A stretch of DNA of 64,000 bases from Bacillota bacterium (GCA_023395595.1 JAEWYO010000060.1:106704-170703), one strand, 5' to 3'. Numbered from the stretch's first letter, positions 16,777 to 25,395 are shown. Made by a program: numbers and translations. Notes: a model not told the origin generated them from the letters alone.

Positions 16777-18513
16777 ATGAGTAAACTGAAACGATTTTTT
16801 GCCTATTATCGTCCCCACAAGGGGCTGTTGATTCTCGATTTATCCTGCGCGGTGCTGGTCTCTATGATCGACATCGCTTACCCGATGCTCACGCAGTATG
16901 TCCTACGGACGCTGCTGCCGCAGATGTCGGTGGATTCTGCTCTGGTGCGCGTGTTTGTGGGCCTTATCGCGGCGGCATTCGGCGCATTTGTGGTGCGATC
17001 CTTGTTACTGTATATCATCAATTACTGGGGACACGTTCTTGGTGTGCGGATGGAGGCGGATATCCGGCGGGATATCTTCTCGCATATTCAGGAGCTTTCC
17101 TTTAGTTTTTACGACAAAGTACGCACGGGAAAACTGATGTCCCGCGTGACGACGGATCTCTTTGACATCACGGAGCTCGCGCACCACGGCCCGGAGGATG
17201 TGCTGATCTCCGGTACGACGATGATCGGCGCATTCATCATCATGATGTTCGTCGATTGGCGGCTTTCGCTAGCGTTGCTTTGCATCGTGCCGGTCGCGAT
17301 TTTCTATATCGTACGGCTGAGAATCCAGATGCGTAACGCATCCCTCAAGGTGAAGGAACGTGTTGCGGAGATCAACGCGGATATCGAGTCCTCCATCTCT
17401 GGCGCACGCGTGGCAAAGGCGTTTACCAACGAGGGGTATGAACAGGAGAAGTTTGAACGCGGCAACAAGAAGTTTGTCCACGCGAAGGACGGATTCTACC
17501 ATTATATGGCGCTCTTTGGCAGCGGGATGGAATTCTTTATCGCGATGTTCAACCTCGTGGTGCTGGCGCTTGGCGGATACTTGATCTACAAGAGCAGCCT
17601 CGATCCGATCCTGCTGATCACGTTTTCGCTCTATATCGCGGCGTTCATTCAGCCGCTCAAGCGGCTTGCCGCATTTACGGAGGTCTATATTCTCGGCATG
17701 GCGGGATTCAGCCGCTTTTGCGAGATTATGGACATTGAGCCGGAGATCAAAGACCGTCCGAACGCAAAAACACTGCAAAACGTGCGCGGCGATATTTGCT
17801 TTGACGACGTAACGTTTGCGTATGAGAGCGGGAAGAGCGTCCTCTCCCATGTGAACCTCGACGTGCCCGCGGGAACCACCCTCGCGCTGGTTGGCCCGAG
17901 TGGTGGAGGAAAGACAACGCTGTGCCACCTGCTGCCGCGGTTTTATGAGCAGCGCAGCGGTACGATCACCATCGACGGCGTGGACACGCGGGATGTGACG
18001 ATGCGATCGCTGCGGCAAAACGTTGGCATTGTACAGCAGGACGTGTTCCTCTTTGCCAGCACTATTCTCGAGAATATCCGTTACGGACGAATCGATGCGA
18101 CCGACGAAGAGGTCATCGAAGCCGCTAAACGTGCGCATATTCACGACGAGATTTTGCAGTTTACCGATGGATATGAAACGCAGGTTGGCGAGCGGGGCAT
18201 TATGCTCTCCGGCGGACAAAAACAGCGTGTTTCGATTGCGCGGCTGTTCCTCAAGAACCCGCCTGTACTGATTCTTGACGAGGCGACCAGCGCGCTGGAC
18301 ACCGTCACCGAGCACGACATTCAGCATTCGTTTGAAGAGCTTTCACGCGGAAGAACGACGCTGGTGATTGCGCACCGGCTCTCCACGGTCAAGCATGCGG
18401 ACGAAATCGTCGTGCTTGACGAGCAGGGCATTCGCGAGCGGGGAACGCACGAGCAACTGCTGCAGGCAAACGGGCTCTATGCCCAGCTGTATCAGGTGTC
18501 GATGATTGATTAA
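16777..18513 (+). CDS. ABC transporter, fused permease/ATP-binding exporter (MsbA/multidrug type half-transporter)
   Basis: Six-TM N-terminal half. Walker A GPSGGGKTT, signature LSGGQKQRVSIAR, Walker B ILDEATSALD. Confidence 0.9.
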   Translation: MSKLKRFFAYYRPHKGLLILDLSCAVLVSMIDIAYPMLTQYVLRTLLPQMSVDSALVRVFVGLIAAAFGAFVVRSLLLYIINYWGHVLGVRMEADIRRDIFSHIQELSFSFYDKVRTGKLMSRVTTDLFDITELAHHGPEDVLISGTTMIGAFIIMMFVDWRLSLALLCIVPVAIFYIVRLRIQMRNASLKVKERVAEINADIESSISGARVAKAFTNEGYEQEKFERGNKKFVHAKDGFYHYMALFGSGMEFFIAMFNLVVLALGGYLIYKSSLDPILLITFSLYIAAFIQPLKRLAAFTEVYILGMAGFSRFCEIMDIEPEIKDRPNAKTLQNVRGDICFDDVTFAYESGKSVLSHVNLDVPAGTTLALVGPSGGGKTTLCHLLPRFYEQRSGTITIDGVDTRDVTMRSLRQNVGIVQQDVFLFASTILENIRYGRIDATDEEVIEAAKRAHIHDEILQFTDGYETQVGERGIMLSGGQKQRVSIARLFLKNPPVLILDEATSALDTVTEHDIQHSFEELSRGRTTLVIAHRLSTVKHADEIVVLDEQGIRERGTHEQLLQANGLYAQLYQVSMID

Positions 18514-18562
18514 CCCCGCCGGACGCATCAGATAACAAACCCAAACAGAAAGGGATGCGCGC

Positions 18563-19147
18563 GTGAAGAAACGCACTCTTACAATCCTGCTCACAATCCT
18601 GATCGTGCTTGCGGCGCTTTGGCTGGCAGGTACGCTCAGCCCACAGACGGACGGCACACCGGCGCAGAAACCAACAAGCGAGCTTGTCCTGATCGACGGC
18701 GAAGCCCTCACGCATGCGCCGGATCCGACCGCCGAAGCTACCGCGGGAGCACAGAACACAGCGGAGCCAACAACGGCGCCAACCCCGAATCAGGCAGTGC
18801 TCGACGAGGCGGGCACTTACACCAGCAAAGAGGATGTGAGCCTGTATCTTTTCACCTACGGGCATCTGCCGGAGAACTTCATCACCAAGAGCGCGGCGCG
18901 TTCCCTCGGCTGGAGCGGCGGCGGGCTGGATGATTATGACTACGGCAAGTGCATCGGCGGTGATCGCTTCGGCAATAATGAAGGTCTCCTGCCGGAGGCG
19001 CGTGGGCGGGATTATTATGAATGCGATATCGACACCTTGCACAAGGACAGCCGGGGAGCAAAGCGCATCGTTTTTTCCAGCGACGGGTTGATCTATTATA
19101 GCGGGGATCACTATGATTCATTCGAACTGCTCTACGGTGAACCGTGA
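18563..19147 (+). CDS. Secreted/anchored barnase-family ribonuclease (N1/T1/Sa superfamily)
   Basis: GTG start. N-terminal signal/anchor MKKRTLTILLTILIVLAALWLAG, then an Ala/Pro/Thr-rich (low-complexity) linker. The C-terminal RDYYECDIDT...RIVFSSDGLIYYSGDHYDSFELLY parallels the barnase ...READINY...RILYSSDWLIYKTTDHYQTFTKI. Confidence 0.85.
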   Translation: MKKRTLTILLTILIVLAALWLAGTLSPQTDGTPAQKPTSELVLIDGEALTHAPDPTAEATAGAQNTAEPTTAPTPNQAVLDEAGTYTSKEDVSLYLFTYGHLPENFITKSAARSLGWSGGGLDDYDYGKCIGGDRFGNNEGLLPEARGRDYYECDIDTLHKDSRGAKRIVFSSDGLIYYSGDHYDSFELLYGEP

Positions 19148-19165
19148 GCAAGGCGTGAGGTGAAC

Positions 19166-19453
19166 ATGAAACACGAGAAACGGCTGACCCTCAACGCGCG
19201 AAGGATGGACACAAGGGGACACGCGCATGCACACCTGAAACAGCGCCTCCATCTGCCGGAATGGTATGGCAGCAACCTTGACGCGCTGAACGACTGTCTC
19301 GGCGAAATTGGTGAACCAACGTGGATCATTCTGCGATTCGCCCCGAGGTTGACCCAATCATTGGGTGACTATGGCGCAAAACTGATTCAAGTGCTGGAGC
19401 AGGCTTCACAAGAGAATAATAACCTCCGCATATCTCTGAAAAACGGGTTTTAA
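19166..19453 (+). CDS. Barstar-family ribonuclease inhibitor
   Basis: LHLPEWYGSNLDALNDCLGEI matches the barstar LALPEYYGENLDALWDCL. Lies 19 nt after the RNase gene. SD GTGAGG. Confidence 0.85.
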   Translation: MKHEKRLTLNARRMDTRGHAHAHLKQRLHLPEWYGSNLDALNDCLGEIGEPTWIILRFAPRLTQSLGDYGAKLIQVLEQASQENNNLRISLKNGF

Positions 19454-19530
19454 AAGATCATTCTGGGAACGGTGCTCCTGCTCATCGTGCATTTGAAAAC
19501 GAATGTTGCGGCGGCAGACGAAGGGAGACG

Positions 19531-20649
19531 ATGCATTTGCATATGATTCAAACACTTCTCGGCGGGCTTGCCATCGCACTTGGCGCGCTGTTGGTCATCG
19601 GCCTGCTGCTTCTTTTACTGCTGCATGTAACGCGTGCGGTGGATAACCACCGCGTGCAAAAAATGCGGGAGCAGCTGCTTTGTCTGATCTCCGGCGCGGC
19701 GGAAGCAAAGCGGATGAAGAACCATATCTATGAGATGGTCAACCCCGGCGGCAAGCTGGATCAGCTTTGCGACATTCGTGGCATCCGCGCAACGCGCGGG
19801 TTGATCGTGATGGCTGAGACGGCAGGGGAACTCTCCGGCGCAGCATATGAAAAGCTGCAAAGGGAAGCAGGCGGAGAATGGTATGGCGAATACCTCAAGA
19901 AGCTGCTTGACGGTGTGGATGAAGAGGCGATTGCGTTGGTGGTCAAGCTCATCGGTGCACTGCAACTCAAGAACTACACGCCGGATGTGGTTACGCAGAT
20001 CTATTGCTGTCGGACAACCGCGCAGATGCAGCATGTCGGCATGCTTACGCTCTGCATGCTTGGAGCGGAGCGTGACATCGTTGCGCTGTGCCGCGATCAT
20101 ACGATTGCGTCGCTGCTCTCCTTCCGAACGCTGGAGGAGATTTTCTCCGTGTATCAGGGTGACCTCAAGCGCCTCTGCCGGAAGTTGATCACCTCAGCAT
20201 CCGATCCCTATATCCGCCGCACATGCATCAAAGCCATCGGCGAGCAGAAATTCGACGACCTGGGAGAGCTTGTGCTGCCGCACCTAATGCAAGGACACAT
20301 CAACACCCGCATTGACTCCGCGCGTGCACTAGGGCAGATTCATTATGAACCGGCCTATCCGCATCTTCTTGCGGGCGCAACGGACCCGCGCTGGGAGATG
20401 CGCGCCGTGGTTGCAACCGCACTTGGTGCGTTCGGCGCGGAGCAAAACGAGGAGATACTTGTCAAGCTCCTGTGTGATCGGGAATGGTGGGTGCGCTATC
20501 GCGCGGCGGAGTCACTCACGCAAGTTAACAACACAGAGGCGCTGATGCAGCGCATCGAAGCAACGGGGGATCGATTTGCAGCGGAAATGATGCGTTTTGC
20601 GCTTGACCGTGCGGTGTTTTTGAGAGGGGGTGCGTTGACATGCAACTAA
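19531..20649 (+). CDS. Membrane-anchored HEAT-repeat protein
   Basis: N-terminal TM (LLGGLAIALGALLVIGLLLLLLLHV). C-terminal HEAT/PBS-lyase-like repeats (DPYIRRTCIKAIGE, INTRIDSARALGQI, DPRWEMRAVVATALGAFG, REWWVRYRAAESLTQV). Confidence 0.75.
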   Translation: MHLHMIQTLLGGLAIALGALLVIGLLLLLLLHVTRAVDNHRVQKMREQLLCLISGAAEAKRMKNHIYEMVNPGGKLDQLCDIRGIRATRGLIVMAETAGELSGAAYEKLQREAGGEWYGEYLKKLLDGVDEEAIALVVKLIGALQLKNYTPDVVTQIYCCRTTAQMQHVGMLTLCMLGAERDIVALCRDHTIASLLSFRTLEEIFSVYQGDLKRLCRKLITSASDPYIRRTCIKAIGEQKFDDLGELVLPHLMQGHINTRIDSARALGQIHYEPAYPHLLAGATDPRWEMRAVVATALGAFGAEQNEEILVKLLCDREWWVRYRAAESLTQVNNTEALMQRIEATGDRFAAEMMRFALDRAVFLRGGALTCN

Positions 20650-21965
20650 TCGCAATGATTCTTCGCGCCTTACCGAATATGATCGCAATTCTACCAGACG
20701 TGTGCTACGGGTTCCTTGCGCTCGTGTTTCTTGCGGGAATCGTGCGGCTCGTGCTGCTTGCGCGCGCAACCGTTACGCTCCGAAAGCAAGTCCGCTCCTT
20801 GCGCTCGGTCGATTACCGCAGGTTTCAGGATTCCGAGCATGTGATGCCGGTTTCGCTGATTTTGCCGGCGATAGACGAGACGGGAAGCCTGACAGAACAA
20901 CTGGAGAATCTGCTCAGTCTTGAATTCAAACAGTATGAGCTGATTGTTGTCGCAAACAAAACGCATGAAGCAACGTGGGCAAGCCTTTGCCAGGGATATA
21001 GCCTGCTGCCGTTTCGCCAACCGTTTAAGCGGACGTTGAACGCTCCGCAGGTGGAGGGAGTTTACCGTTCCGCCAAAGACGTTCGCCTTGTCGTGCTGGA
21101 TGTTCGGAACGCAGATCGTGCGGGCGCGCTCAACGCAGGCGTGAATGTTTCGTCCTATCCGATCATTGCGCCGATCTATCCTGACCTGCGGCTGACAAAG
21201 GATGCGCTGCTCAAGACGGTCTATGCGTTTGTGAGCGATCCAGCCTGCGTGTTCATCGGCTCGGTTGCGCGCGTAGGCAGCGCGGCGGAGGCAGGCACCC
21301 GGATGCCGATGCTAGCGCAGCAGCAATATCTCGAGCGGATGCGCACGTTTTACACCAACCGCACGGGATATGCGTCCATCGGACTGTATCTTTCGCTGAG
21401 TAAAACATTTTGTGCCTTTCTCAAGAGCGCAGTGACGCTGGAAGGTGGTTTTTCCGGAGAGGCTAAGGCGGAGAGCGCCGATCTATTGCTTCGCATTCAC
21501 GCGCGGCTGAAGAAAGACAAGCGTTCCTATAGCGCGCGGTTGCTGCCGGACGCGGTGTGCTATCAACTGCCGCAGAAAAACATGCGCGGCGTCTGCGCGC
21601 AAATGCGAGCAGGTCAGCGCGAACTGCGAAACACCGTCCGCCGCAATCGCGTGATTGCGCGCACCTTGCACGGAGCCGGATACACGCGCTTTGCGGAGCG
21701 AATCTGGCCGCTGGTGGAATTCATCGGCGTGGTGGTTGTGCTGGCTTCTGCGGCACTCGGCGCGGTGCCGCTGCTCTTTGCGGGGCTTTATCTGCTGCTT
21801 GGCGTGCTGCTTGGCGCGATTCAGTCCGCGCTGAGCATGCTGCTGGAGGAATATGCATTCCAACGGCAGACAGACACGGGGCTACTACTTGGCCGCTATG
21901 TGCTAGCGATCTGTGACAACGTCTATTTCCGGCTACGCATGGCGCTTGCAAGAGCGTTTTCATAA
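20640..21965 (+). CDS. Family-2 glycosyltransferase-like polytopic membrane protein (PgaC/IcaA-like architecture; catalytic motifs appear degenerate)
   Basis: 441 aa. N-terminal TMs, GT-A-like core (VSLILPAIDE..., RAGALNAG), C-terminal TMs. The start overlaps the HEAT gene stop by 10 nt (ATGCAACTAA). Confidence 0.75.
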   Translation: MQLIAMILRALPNMIAILPDVCYGFLALVFLAGIVRLVLLARATVTLRKQVRSLRSVDYRRFQDSEHVMPVSLILPAIDETGSLTEQLENLLSLEFKQYELIVVANKTHEATWASLCQGYSLLPFRQPFKRTLNAPQVEGVYRSAKDVRLVVLDVRNADRAGALNAGVNVSSYPIIAPIYPDLRLTKDALLKTVYAFVSDPACVFIGSVARVGSAAEAGTRMPMLAQQQYLERMRTFYTNRTGYASIGLYLSLSKTFCAFLKSAVTLEGGFSGEAKAESADLLLRIHARLKKDKRSYSARLLPDAVCYQLPQKNMRGVCAQMRAGQRELRNTVRRNRVIARTLHGAGYTRFAERIWPLVEFIGVVVVLASAALGAVPLLFAGLYLLLGVLLGAIQSALSMLLEEYAFQRQTDTGLLLGRYVLAICDNVYFRLRMALARAFS

Positions 21966-21994
21966 ACCGCAGGAATGCGCAAGATGAGAAAAAG

Positions 21995-22020
21995 AAGCCG
22001 CCGGAACAAACGGCGGCTTT
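21995..22020 (+). terminator. Probable intrinsic terminator after the GT2-like gene
   Basis: AAGCCGCCG-gaacaaa-CGGCGGCTT followed by a short T tail (TTTGG). Confidence 0.55.
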
Positions 22021-22153
22021 GGCATGCCGTTACAACGAGACGGGAAAAGCAACTGTGAAAACAACAAGATCGCCCGATTGCGGGTTTGAATTGGCTTTTG
22101 AAGTATAAAACCGGCAGAAGTCAACGAATTGTGTCAAAATGTGAAAAAAATAG

Positions 22154-22183
22154 TTGAATGACGGTGGGTGATTCCGCTATACT
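22154..22183 (+). promoter_or_regulatory. Candidate promoter upstream of rluB (TTGAAT-18-TATACT)
   Basis: TTGAAT gacggtgggtgattccgc TATACT. Predicts a ~146-nt leader. Confidence 0.45.
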
Positions 22184-22335
22184 ATATTTGGTGGCATATG
22201 GCAATGTTCTATCTGCCAATGCAGCTTAAAAAACCCTTTCAAACGGCGTATCGCAATCGTTTCTGACCGGAACCATTCCGCTCTCGACATTTTTGCTAGA
22301 CACGAACGAACGAAAAAAAGATGAGGAACGCGAGA

Positions 22336-23058
22336 ATGATGTTGCGACTACAGAAGTATTTGGCGGAGGCTGGCATCGCTTCCCGCAGGGCAAGCGAAGA
22401 GCTGATTACCGCAGGGCGCGTCAGCGTCAACGGTGTTACGGCTACACTCGGCATGAGCATCGACCCCGAAACGGACACCGTCCTCTTTGACGGAAAACCG
22501 GTCAAGCAGGAAGAAGAGCTCATCACGATCATGCTTTACAAACCCAAAGGCGTTGTCAGCACCAGCGACGACCCGCAGGGGAGAACGACGGTTCAGGAAT
22601 ACGTCAAGGATATTCCCGCTCGCCTATATAATGTAGGCCGGCTGGACATCAACTCCGAAGGACTGCTACTCATGACCAACGACGGGGAACTGGCGCACCG
22701 TATGACGCACCCGAAGTTTTCTGTGGCGAAGACGTATTTTGCCATCTGTGATGGAAAACTACTGCCTTCCGAAATCGCCTCGCTTGTGAACGGCGTGACG
22801 CTGGACGACGGGATGACGGCTCCCGCGCGCGTGACGCGCGTACACCCGACAGCTTCGGGAGACACATCGTTTCTTATCACGATTCACGAGGGAAAGAATC
22901 GCCAGATCCGGCGTATGCTCGAAGCGGTCGGACACCGGACACTTCGCCTCAAACGTGAGAAATTTGGTCCGCTCTATCTTGGCGATCTCAAGCCGGGTGA
23001 AACAAGACGGCTCACACAGGACGAGATGCGTTCCCTGCGGCACGCGCTCGGACTCTAA
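22336..23058 (+). CDS. rluB: Pseudouridine synthase, RsuA/RluB family with S4 domain
   Basis: S4 domain LQKYLAEAGIASRRASEELITAGRVSVNG. Catalytic GRLDINSEGLLLMTNDG. SD GAGGA 8 nt before the ATG at 22336. Confidence 0.85.
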   Translation: MMLRLQKYLAEAGIASRRASEELITAGRVSVNGVTATLGMSIDPETDTVLFDGKPVKQEEELITIMLYKPKGVVSTSDDPQGRTTVQEYVKDIPARLYNVGRLDINSEGLLLMTNDGELAHRMTHPKFSVAKTYFAICDGKLLPSEIASLVNGVTLDDGMTAPARVTRVHPTASGDTSFLITIHEGKNRQIRRMLEAVGHRTLRLKREKFGPLYLGDLKPGETRRLTQDEMRSLRHALGL

Positions 23059-23189
23059 ACGAAAAAGCAAGGCTCAAATATATGAGAAACAGGCAAGTGC
23101 AGACAAAGCGCCTGCCGACCGATTTGGCAAGGAACAGGATGAGGCATTTGCCTTCCTTGATAAATGCAATTTAGCGGAGGTACTTCAAT

Positions 23190-23438
23190 ATGGACAAAAC
23201 GATTTGGATCGTCATCGGCGTGTTCGCGGGATTGATCGCACTCATTGTGATTCTCAAAGCGGTACGCGCACGTCAGGATCGCCTTTATGGCGAAGAAGAA
23301 GCCATCGCGGAAACCAGTGCACCCGCCGCGATCACAAACCGCGCGGAGCTCGCCGCGGTCGTTGCCAGCTGCGTGGCTGAGGTGATGGGTAAGGACGTTT
23401 CCGGCCTTCGCATCGTCTCCATCAAGCAGGTTGGCTAA
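23190..23438 (+). CDS. OadG-family small membrane protein (Na+-decarboxylase gamma-subunit-like)
   Basis: 82 aa. A single N-terminal TM (IWIVIGVFAGLIALIVIL), then a ...ELAAVVASCVAEVMG... tail typical of OadG. Confidence 0.75.
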   Translation: MDKTIWIVIGVFAGLIALIVILKAVRARQDRLYGEEEAIAETSAPAAITNRAELAAVVASCVAEVMGKDVSGLRIVSIKQVG

Positions 23439-23497
23439 GCCCAATTCAATTCGTCGGAACATCAAATTTCACATATAGTAAATAATCGGAGGTTATT

Positions 23498-23854
23498 ATG
23501 CGCAATTTTCTTGTGAACGTCAATGGAACACAGTATGAAGTAGCCGTGGAAGAAATCGACGGCAAAGCAGCCCCCGCAGCAAAGCCCGCTCCCGCAGCGG
23601 CAGCACCTGTTGCAGCACCCGTGGCAGCACCCGTTGCCGGCGGTACCACAGTGACCGCGCCGATGCCCGGCACCATCCTTGGCATCAACGTCAAAGAAGG
23701 CGAAGCCGTCAAGGCAGGCGATGCGATCTTCGTGCTGGAAGCCATGAAGATGCAGAGCGATATCGTTGCCCCGGTCGGCGGCACCGTTCGCGGCATTGCA
23801 ATCTCCAAGGGCGCATCTGTCTCCGCAGGCGACCTGCTCTGCTCCATCCAATAA
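23498..23854 (+). CDS. Biotin carboxyl-carrier (biotinyl/lipoyl) protein
   Basis: Ala/Pro linker, then a biotinyl domain with VLEAMKMQSDI (the AMKM biotinylation motif). Confidence 0.85.
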   Translation: MRNFLVNVNGTQYEVAVEEIDGKAAPAAKPAPAAAAPVAAPVAAPVAGGTTVTAPMPGTILGINVKEGEAVKAGDAIFVLEAMKMQSDIVAPVGGTVRGIAISKGASVSAGDLLCSIQ

Positions 23855-23982
23855 TCATTGGATTCTCCCGCGTGAAACCGCCGTACCCATCCGGCCTTTC
23901 GTGCGTCCCTTACTCATGACACCGTGGCGGCGCGCGCAGGGGAAGAAACCCTGCCCGGCATCGCACAAAGGAGAAACGACAG

Positions 23983-25395
23983 ATGAGCAAATTATTCATT
24001 ACCGATACAATCCTCCGCGACGCGCACCAGTCCCAGGCTGCCACGCGCATGCGCATCGAGGATATGCTTCCGGCCTGCGAAGTGCTCGATTCCATCGGCT
24101 ACTGGTCGCTGGAAGTTTGGGGAGGAGCCACGTTTGATGCGTGCCTCCGTTTCCTGAACGAAGATCCGTGGGATCGTCTGAGAAAGCTGCGCAAAGCCTT
24201 GCCGAACACCAAACTGCAAATGCTGTTCCGCGGACAGAACATCCTCGGTTACAAGCACTATGCGGACGACGTGGTCGAGCAGTTCTGCAAAAAAGCCATC
24301 GAAAACGGCATCGACGTTATCCGCATCTTCGACGCGGTCAACGACATGCGTAACCTTGAGAGCGCGATTCGCTTCACCAAGAAGTATGGCGGTATCTGCG
24401 AACCCGCCATCAGCTATACGGTTTCGCCGGTGCACAATCACGATTACTTCATTCAAATGGCAAAAGAGCTCGAACAGATGGGTGCGGACACGATCTGCAT
24501 CAAGGATATGGCAAACCTGCTTCTGCCGTATGACGCATATTCGCTCATTTCGCGCCTGAAGAAGGAAGTCAGCGTTCCGATCCACCTGCACACCCACAAC
24601 ACGACCGGCACCGGCGACATGGTTTACCTCATGGCTGCGCAGGCTGGTGTGGACATCGTGGACACCGCGCTGTCTCCCTTCGGTAACGGCACGGCACAGC
24701 CCGCCACCGAGCCGCTGGTTGCAACCCTCAAAGGAACCGACCGTGACACGGGTCTCGACCTTGTCAAACTTTCCGAGGCTGCAAAGATCATGCGCCCCGT
24801 CGCGGATCGCATGCTTGCTGACGGTACGATTTCCGTCAAATCCCTCGGCGTGGATACCAACACGCTGCTGTATCAGGTGCCGGGCGGCATGCTCAGCAAC
24901 CTGATCTCCCAGCTCAAGGAAGCCGGCAAGTCCGACAAGTATTACGAGGTTCTCGAAGAGGTGCCGCGTGTACGCAAAGACTTCGGCTATCCGCCGCTTG
25001 TCACGCCCACAAGCCAGATCGTCGGCACGCAGGCCGTGCTCAACGTCATCAGCGGTGAGCGCTATAAGGTTTTCACCAAGGAATCCAAAGCGCTGCTGCA
25101 TGGCGAATACGGCAATCTGCCCGCGCCGGTGAATGAAGAAGTCCGCCGCAAGGCGATTGGCGATGCGGAAGTGATCACCTGCCGTCCGGCAGACCTGCTC
25201 AAGCCGGAGCTCGAGAGCTACCGCGAAGAGATCAAGGATCACATCCGTCAGGAAGAAGACGTACTCAGCTATGCGCTCTTCCCGCAGGTTGCGCTCAAGT
25301 TCTTTGAAGCGCGCGAAGCCGCGGAGCGCAAAGCGCAGGAACCGCAGCAGGACGATAGCGTCCGTACGCTGTATGTGGAGGACATTGGCGCATAA
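23983..25395 (+). CDS. oadA: Oxaloacetate decarboxylase alpha / 5S carboxyltransferase subunit (no fused biotinyl domain)
   Basis: ITDTILRDAHQSQAATRM (HMGL-like TIM barrel), HLHTHNTTGTG metal site. At 470 aa it ends without an AMKM domain. Confidence 0.85.
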   Translation: MSKLFITDTILRDAHQSQAATRMRIEDMLPACEVLDSIGYWSLEVWGGATFDACLRFLNEDPWDRLRKLRKALPNTKLQMLFRGQNILGYKHYADDVVEQFCKKAIENGIDVIRIFDAVNDMRNLESAIRFTKKYGGICEPAISYTVSPVHNHDYFIQMAKELEQMGADTICIKDMANLLLPYDAYSLISRLKKEVSVPIHLHTHNTTGTGDMVYLMAAQAGVDIVDTALSPFGNGTAQPATEPLVATLKGTDRDTGLDLVKLSEAAKIMRPVADRMLADGTISVKSLGVDTNTLLYQVPGGMLSNLISQLKEAGKSDKYYEVLEEVPRVRKDFGYPPLVTPTSQIVGTQAVLNVISGERYKVFTKESKALLHGEYGNLPAPVNEEVRRKAIGDAEVITCRPADLLKPELESYREEIKDHIRQEEDVLSYALFPQVALKFFEAREAAERKAQEPQQDDSVRTLYVEDIGA

